A DNA stretch of 57,725 bases from a virus (lineage: Duplodnaviria > Caudoviricetes), in IMG/VR virus record IMGVR_UViG_3300034064_000874, positions 1-57,725 of that record. One strand, written 5' to 3'. Position 1 is the first letter of the stretch. Each line of letters starts with the position of its first letter. Of this stretch, positions 53,142 through 57,725 are shown in pieces. Made by a program: the position numbers and the translations under genes. The notes under the pieces are model-generated. The model saw nothing but the letters and a program-made list of their open reading frames with translations. It was not told the DNA's origin and searched no databases.

Positions 53142-53411
53142 TCATGGGTTCTCCCCTTCCAACTGCTTGACGACCAATTGTGCGTAACCCGCCGCATCAG
53201 ACCATGAGTCCACGTAGGCAGGATCCCCGTTCAGGATTCTGGCCAGCTTGTGTCCAATCATCTCCATCGCCTCGCGCTGGCTGTCGGTCATGTACTGCCA
53301 GCTCGGAGACGCCACCATGATCCGCTTGAATCGCTGGGAAATATCCGCATGACCATTGAACGTCCCATACCGCTCGCCGCGCTCTTTCAGGATTTCGTTG
53401 ATGTCAGTCAT
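53142..53411 (-). CDS. DUF6378-like protein
   Basis: ERGERYG.F...HKLARILNGD...DSWSDAAGYA. Confidence 0.75.
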   Translation of the reverse strand: MTDINEILKERGERYGTFNGHADISQRFKRIMVASPSWQYMTDSQREAMEMIGHKLARILNGDPAYVDSWSDAAGYAQLVVKQLEGENP

Positions 53412-53875
53412 ACGCCCAACGTCTCCTCGACAATCTCTTGGATTGGCGGCACAAAGAAATTCGGGCCTTTCATGACCTTCCCTGCCTCGTTCTTGATCGC
53501 TTTTCCATGCTCATCAAGTTTGGAGAAATTGCTCATGGCTACGGCCAAATGAATCTTTGCCATATTTACACCGCGCTTCCTCCCAACGCCTTCCAAAGTC
53601 CAGCTGACGTCACCAAGGCCATCCAATTGCTCGACTAATGCTTTCTTTTCTTTCTCTTTGTTTCCGGCCAAACGAGCGCTCACCCCATCATCCCAAGCCA
53701 GCATGAATTCCTCGATTTCCTCAAAGAAATATTTGCGGTACTTGTCTGCCAGCTCAAAATCATCCCTACCTTCTTCGGCGTGGTGACCTACAGCCTCAAA
53801 CCACTTATCTCTGACCTTCTGGCAAATCAACAACGCACAGTAGAACTCTGCCCAATCTTCTTCACTCATCATCAA
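53408..53875 (-). CDS. MazG-like/all-alpha NTP pyrophosphohydrolase
   Basis: EEIEE...DGLGD...SNFSK...GKVMKGPNF. Confidence 0.8.
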   Translation of the reverse strand: MMMSEEDWAEFYCALLICQKVRDKWFEAVGHHAEEGRDDFELADKYRKYFFEEIEEFMLAWDDGVSARLAGNKEKEKKALVEQLDGLGDVSWTLEGVGRKRGVNMAKIHLAVAMSNFSKLDEHGKAIKNEAGKVMKGPNFFVPPIQEIVEETLGV

Positions 53876-54167
53876 CCCACCTCATTCTCGGTTTCGAAAG
53901 GCCTAGTCGGTGCGCCCTGGCATGGACCGCACCCTCTGTCCTGCCCTGCAAATAACGCAGGCAGGTTTTCGCGCTGCGCTGATACAGCCAGCGGATAATC
54001 AAATCTTCCCGATGGCCCCATTCCAGCCGGCCACCCAGGCCCAGCTTGTAGGCCCGGCGATAAACCTCCTCCGGCTCCACGTCGATCAGCCTGGCGATTC
54101 GCTTGGCTGTCAGATCGTTGTAGTGATCGCGCAGGAACTGGTCCTTCTCATCGGTCCACTCGGTCAC
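53862..54167 (-). CDS. Tandem Myb/SANT-like HTH protein
   Basis: WTDEKDQFLRDHY...RAYKLGL repeated twice. Confidence 0.65.
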   Translation of the reverse strand: MTEWTDEKDQFLRDHYNDLTAKRIARLIDVEPEEVYRRAYKLGLGGRLEWGHREDLIIRWLYQRSAKTCLRYLQGRTEGAVHARAHRLGLSKPRMRWVDDE

Positions 54168-54475
54168 AGCACCGACTCCAGCAGACGCAGTGCGTAGCCT
54201 GTCTTGATCATGCTCGAGGTGACCCTGAATACCCGCCACCCAAGCACCGCCGCCTCGTTCAATTTTTCGCAATCAGCCTGATATCCAGTGCCCTTGGTGT
54301 GCCGACCACCGGTCCAGATCCCGCCATCCACTTCCAGTGCGATCATTTGATCAGGCCAAGCAAAATCGAACCTCCACATCCTTGGCTTAGCGAAATACAT
54401 TTCTCGGATAGGCTCTGGCAGGCTCGCTAGGCGAATCTGCTTTTCCATTTCGGCCTCGAGTGGGCTCGTTCTCAT
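54164..54475 (-). CDS. PD-(D/E)xK endonuclease (DUF559/Vsr-like)
   Basis: WRFDFAWP..ALEVDGG.W..GRH...GWRVFR. Confidence 0.8.
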   Translation of the reverse strand: MRTSPLEAEMEKQIRLASLPEPIREMYFAKPRMWRFDFAWPDQMIALEVDGGIWTGGRHTKGTGYQADCEKLNEAAVLGWRVFRVTSSMIKTGYALRLLESVL

Positions 54476-54741
54476 GCCTTCACCAACCCATTGCGAAACC
54501 AGTAATCCACCGTCTTCACGTAAGCCCGATTCCACATCGCTCTCCGCTCTTCCCGGGTCATGCTCTTGCCGTTATCCAGCTCGTAATGGCACTCACAACA
54601 GAGGTAAGCGACCTGCCAATCCGGATTCTTCATGCCCATCCCCTTGGATTCATTCCGGTGGGCCGCGACGACAGTGCCGTCCTGCCTCCCGCACTCCATG
54701 CAGGGCAAGTCCCTGGCGGCCTTGAGCAGTTTCTTGCTCAT
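54472..54741 (-). CDS. DUF1364-like HNH/zinc protein
   Basis: CMECG..TVVAAH..GMGMK..LCCECH. Confidence 0.75.
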   Translation of the reverse strand: MSKKLLKAARDLPCMECGRQDGTVVAAHRNESKGMGMKNPDWQVAYLCCECHYELDNGKSMTREERRAMWNRAYVKTVDYWFRNGLVKA

Positions 54742-55202
54742 GTAAAACTCATCAGCTGATTCACCACGTTCTCCACTTCATCCTTGTCCTTGTAATTCGC
54801 CTGGCGCAGGATTCGGTCCCAGAGCACGTTCAGCACGGACTGGTAAACGCGGTTAAAGTCATCCTCGTCGCAGCTCGCAAAACTGATGCTTTTCGGCCTC
54901 AGCTTGACGTTGCCATTGATGTCGAACACCGCGTCGCAATGCCCGGCCAGGATCAGCGCGTCGCCGCGGAATCGCTCAAAGTTCTTCTGTAGCGGCTGCC
55001 CCTTGTACTGTTTCTCTTCCGGCTCCCAGTGATCAAAACCAAGGGTCAGCAGGGCAAAGAATTTCTTGTGAAACGGCAGATTCCTTGGCCTCTTCACGTC
55101 GACCCAGACGCCATGTCCGGGCTTGATCTTCCCCACGATCTCGCGAGCCGCGTCGTCACCCGGGACCAGCGTATTGCCGCCCTTCACCATCAAGCACTTC
55201 AC
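54738..55202 (-). CDS. DUF1367 family protein
   Basis: PRNLPFHKKFFALL; PKSISFA. Confidence 0.8.
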   Translation of the reverse strand: MKCLMVKGGNTLVPGDDAAREIVGKIKPGHGVWVDVKRPRNLPFHKKFFALLTLGFDHWEPEEKQYKGQPLQKNFERFRGDALILAGHCDAVFDINGNVKLRPKSISFASCDEDDFNRVYQSVLNVLWDRILRQANYKDKDEVENVVNQLMSFT

Positions 55203-55381
55203 TGATTCCGCTCCTTCCGCTGATCCCGGATCATTACCATCGCCTGGTAGCGGGCCGTGGTTTCGGCCATCCCCTCGGATACCAAGATGGCCACCCGCTC
55301 ACAAAAGGCGTCCTGCTCGTTCTCATCGGCATACCCGAAGTGGTCGCGCAGCCAGTCCAGATCTCTTTCCCAGGCTTCCAT
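55199..55381 (-). CDS. Hypothetical protein
   Basis: FCERVAI motif; coupled to neighbours. Confidence 0.55.
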   Translation of the reverse strand: MEAWERDLDWLRDHFGYADENEQDAFCERVAILVSEGMAETTARYQAMVMIRDQRKERNQ

Positions 55382-55623
55382 CAGCACCCAATCGCGTCGA
55401 TCAGGTCGCTCAGCTCATCCGCCTCGGCCTTTGCGTTCTCCGCTTTTTCCTTTTTCAGGGCCGTGACCAGCTTCTTCAGTACCGGCTTCGAGATACCGGT
55501 TTCCTCAGCAACCGCATCCACGGCAGCGTTGTATGTCAGCGTCGCGTCGTCTTTCTCCTGCCAGCGAGCCTCGAGCAGCGGCAGGTTGTTTCTGAGTCGA
55601 GTGATGTCGATTGCGTTATCCAT
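55381..55623 (-). CDS. Small helical protein, possibly GapR/DsbA-like DNA-binding
   Basis: VAEETGISKPVLKKLV; GAGGA RBS. Confidence 0.55.
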   Translation of the reverse strand: MDNAIDITRLRNNLPLLEARWQEKDDATLTYNAAVDAVAEETGISKPVLKKLVTALKKEKAENAKAEADELSDLIDAIGC

Positions 55624-55831
55624 GCGTGTCCTCGTTAAGTGATTCGGCGATGTCATTCGCCAGCTTGGTTTTGCCCGCCTTGCGCAGCTTGGCGAGCCAG
55701 AAATCGCGGGTGGTCAGGCCGTCTTCCTTGTCGGGGATATTCGGCAGGCCCCTGAAGAACCGCAGCCAGCAGCAGAGCGACTGGCTGAAGTGATAGATGT
55801 CGCGGGTTTGGCAGGATGGGCATTCGGTCAC
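55616..55831 (-). CDS. Hypothetical Cys-containing protein
   Basis: CPSC...CC; coupled to neighbours. Confidence 0.55.
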   Translation of the reverse strand: MTECPSCQTRDIYHFSQSLCCWLRFFRGLPNIPDKEDGLTTRDFWLAKLRKAGKTKLANDIAESLNEDTHG

Positions 55832-55989
55832 CGGTAGCGCTGGGTATCCAGGATCACCTCGTCATCCTTGATCACCTTCACCTCGGCAGGCCGACCGAAC
55901 AGGCGAGAGATCTCGGTGATCATCTCTGCATGCTCGGGCAGCTCCTCCTGCACTCGCTTCCAGTCCTCAGCCTTCTGGCTCACTCCCAT
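55828..55989 (-). CDS. Hypothetical protein
   Basis: Coupled to the helicase stop. Confidence 0.5.
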   Translation of the reverse strand: MGVSQKAEDWKRVQEELPEHAEMITEISRLFGRPAEVKVIKDDEVILDTQRYR

Positions 55990-57725
55990 CTCAGGTACTC
56001 CCGCGGGCGGCCGTTGTGAGCGCTGACAAACTGATGCGAGGGTGAATGCCACCAGAGGCTGATGCGAGGCTCGTCATCGCCGTTACGCTGCTTCTCGCAC
56101 CGGCAGATAGCGTCGGGCTGCTTTTCGACCTCAGCCAGGTCCAGATCGGAGAGATTGCCCTTCCGGATCTTGTCTTCCTTGACCCGGTTCCTCCACCAGA
56201 TCAGGACGTTGTCAGCCAGGTCGGTGATGGCGCCGGATCCCTTCACGTCGAACTTGCCGCCAGGCTTGGCGTCGTCCTCGCCCTTCTTCATGTGGGCCAC
56301 GAGAATGACGTGGACGTCATGCTGCTTGGCGAAATCAGTCAGCTCGTCGGTGAACTCGCGTTGACGGTTGTAATCGTCGAGATCGATGTTCAGCTTCGAG
56401 AGGTTGTCGATGACGAACAGCGTGATGCCGTACCGACGGCGGGCGTAGGCAAAAACCTCCAGCAGCAGGTCTGTCTTGGCTGTGGTGGCCACGTCGAACA
56501 CCCACAGGGATCCTGATAGCCACTTCATGGCGGTCCCGATAAACTGATCGGTGGGCGTGATGACGGCGCAGGCTTGACGCACCAGGCGGGCAATCCACTT
56601 GTGCGGCTTGAACTCCATCGAGGCCACGCAGGCTTTCTCACCCTGACTGATGGCGTCGATCGTGAACTGACCGGCCGCCTCGGACTTTCCGTGGCCATTC
56701 ACGCCGGCAATGATCGTCACCTCACCCGGGCGGAACCGGAAGGTTTTCGCCTTATCCCAGGGCATCGCGAAACCCATCTGGTCTTCGCTGGGGTTGAAGG
56801 CCGCCAGAACGTCATCCAGGTAGTCGCCGGCATTGCGCAACTCGGAGGGGTCCATCGACTTGGACCGGGTCAGGCAGACAGTCATGTCCTGGGTAGAGAC
56901 CCCGGACAGCAGGCAGTCATTGGCATCCTTGTGCGGCAGCTCCACCACCCGGCAGCGATGGCGCCCGAGTCGATCGACGATCTCGCCGACCGCCTTCTTG
57001 CCGGCGTCGTCCATGTCCATCGAGATCAGGATGTCGTCGAATCGCTCGAGGTTTTCAAGCTCATGCTCGATCCAGTCCTGCTTGGCCCCATTACCTCCGC
57101 CGAACGGGACCGACAGCGCCGATACCCCGTACTCGCGCCAGGCCATGGCGTCGAACTCGCCTTCGCAAATCACGACCGCCCTTGCCGCATCAGGCACAGC
57201 CTGCCAGCCGAACAGGCAGGGCCGGAGGTTGGATTCGGAGAGGCGGAATTTCTTGTCCTGCAGCGAGCGGAACTTGACCATCGTCAGGTCGCCCGCAGGG
57301 CTGTAGGACGGGAACACGATCGCATTCCGATGCTGGCCCACTCGAAACGCCGTGATCGTGGCAGGCGACAGCAGACGCTCCTGGGTCATGTAGATCCAGG
57401 CCTCGGACGTCTCCGCCTGATCAGGCTCGACGGGCTTGGGCTTGGCATACTCCCGGGGCGGGGTCGCGAATCTCGGCTCCTTGTCGACGACGCCGAGGTA
57501 GTCTTTCGCTGCCTGGATGGCGCCCGGCACGGTCATGCCGTTCACCTCGCGCCAGAGGTCGATCAGGTCGCCCGACTGACCAGTGGCGAAGTCACACCAG
57601 CGGCCGGCCTTGTCGCCGGTCATGTGGACCCCAAGGCTGTCGCCAGACTCACCGCCGACGGACCCGCACTTCCACTCTCGGCCTACACGTTTGCCATTCG
57701 GCAGCAGGAGCTTGACGACCGACTC
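55980..57725 (-). CDS. Bifunctional TOPRIM primase / SF4 helicase (T7 gp4/Twinkle-like), 5' end truncated by the window
   Basis: ICEGEFDA, MDMDDAG, Walker A GVNGHGKS, Walker B FVIDNL and VKGSGAITD; frame open to the window edge. Confidence 0.93.
   Translation of the reverse strand, partial: ESVVKLLLPNGKRVGREWKCGSVGGESGDSLGVHMTGDKAGRWCDFATGQSGDLIDLWREVNGMTVPGAIQAAKDYLGVVDKEPRFATPPREYAKPKPVEPDQAETSEAWIYMTQERLLSPATITAFRVGQHRNAIVFPSYSPAGDLTMVKFRSLQDKKFRLSESNLRPCLFGWQAVPDAARAVVICEGEFDAMAWREYGVSALSVPFGGGNGAKQDWIEHELENLERFDDILISMDMDDAGKKAVGEIVDRLGRHRCRVVELPHKDANDCLLSGVSTQDMTVCLTRSKSMDPSELRNAGDYLDDVLAAFNPSEDQMGFAMPWDKAKTFRFRPGEVTIIAGVNGHGKSEAAGQFTIDAISQGEKACVASMEFKPHKWIARLVRQACAVITPTDQFIGTAMKWLSGSLWVFDVATTAKTDLLLEVFAYARRRYGITLFVIDNLSKLNIDLDDYNRQREFTDELTDFAKQHDVHVILVAHMKKGEDDAKPGGKFDVKGSGAITDLADNVLIWWRNRVKEDKIRKGNLSDLDLAEVEKQPDAICRCEKQRNGDDEPRISLWWHSPSHQFVSAHNGRPREYLRWE

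Larger units (their letters stand above)
1..57725. mobile_element. Temperate podovirus-like bacteriophage genome, partial (immunity region not included)
   Basis: Terminase, portal, scaffold, capsid, tail and ejection genes, lysis genes, primase-helicase, recT/exo/ssb and xis/int are present. No tape measure or sheath gene, and no host housekeeping block. Confidence 0.95.

Overview
The window is most of the genome of a temperate, podovirus-like dsDNA phage. It appears to be unintegrated, because an intact attP-like region lies between int and the last virion gene. The + strand (1-8899) is an early operon: Red-like recT/exo/ssb, a Lar-like gene, a lone ribonucleotide reductase beta subunit, many small ORFs, xis and int. 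The - strand (57725 to 9168) carries, in order: primase-helicase, nin-like genes, a Q-like gene, a separately promoted accessory cassette (DUF932 and others), lysis genes, terminase, portal, scaffold, N4-gp56-type capsid, tail and fiber genes, a hydroxylase/sulfotransferase-like/GNAT-like trio, ejection proteins and a 3953-aa polyvalent protein. The immunity region is not in the window. Four observations stand out. (1) The giant gene is cut into modules by a recurring DIPASNRR/xxxSNRR linker and contains seven same-strand nested ORFs, all in the +1 frame, most with their own Shine-Dalgarno; this suggests an effector plus nested-partner system. (2) A covarying hairpin with an anti-SD-like loop, probably an SD-sequestering pseudoknot, is repeated before three genes of the accessory cassette. 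(3) GUGA-loop hairpins recur before structural genes. (4) An array of five hairpins, each ending in CACC, lies in the early operon. All family assignments are by-eye motif recognition; no searches were run.
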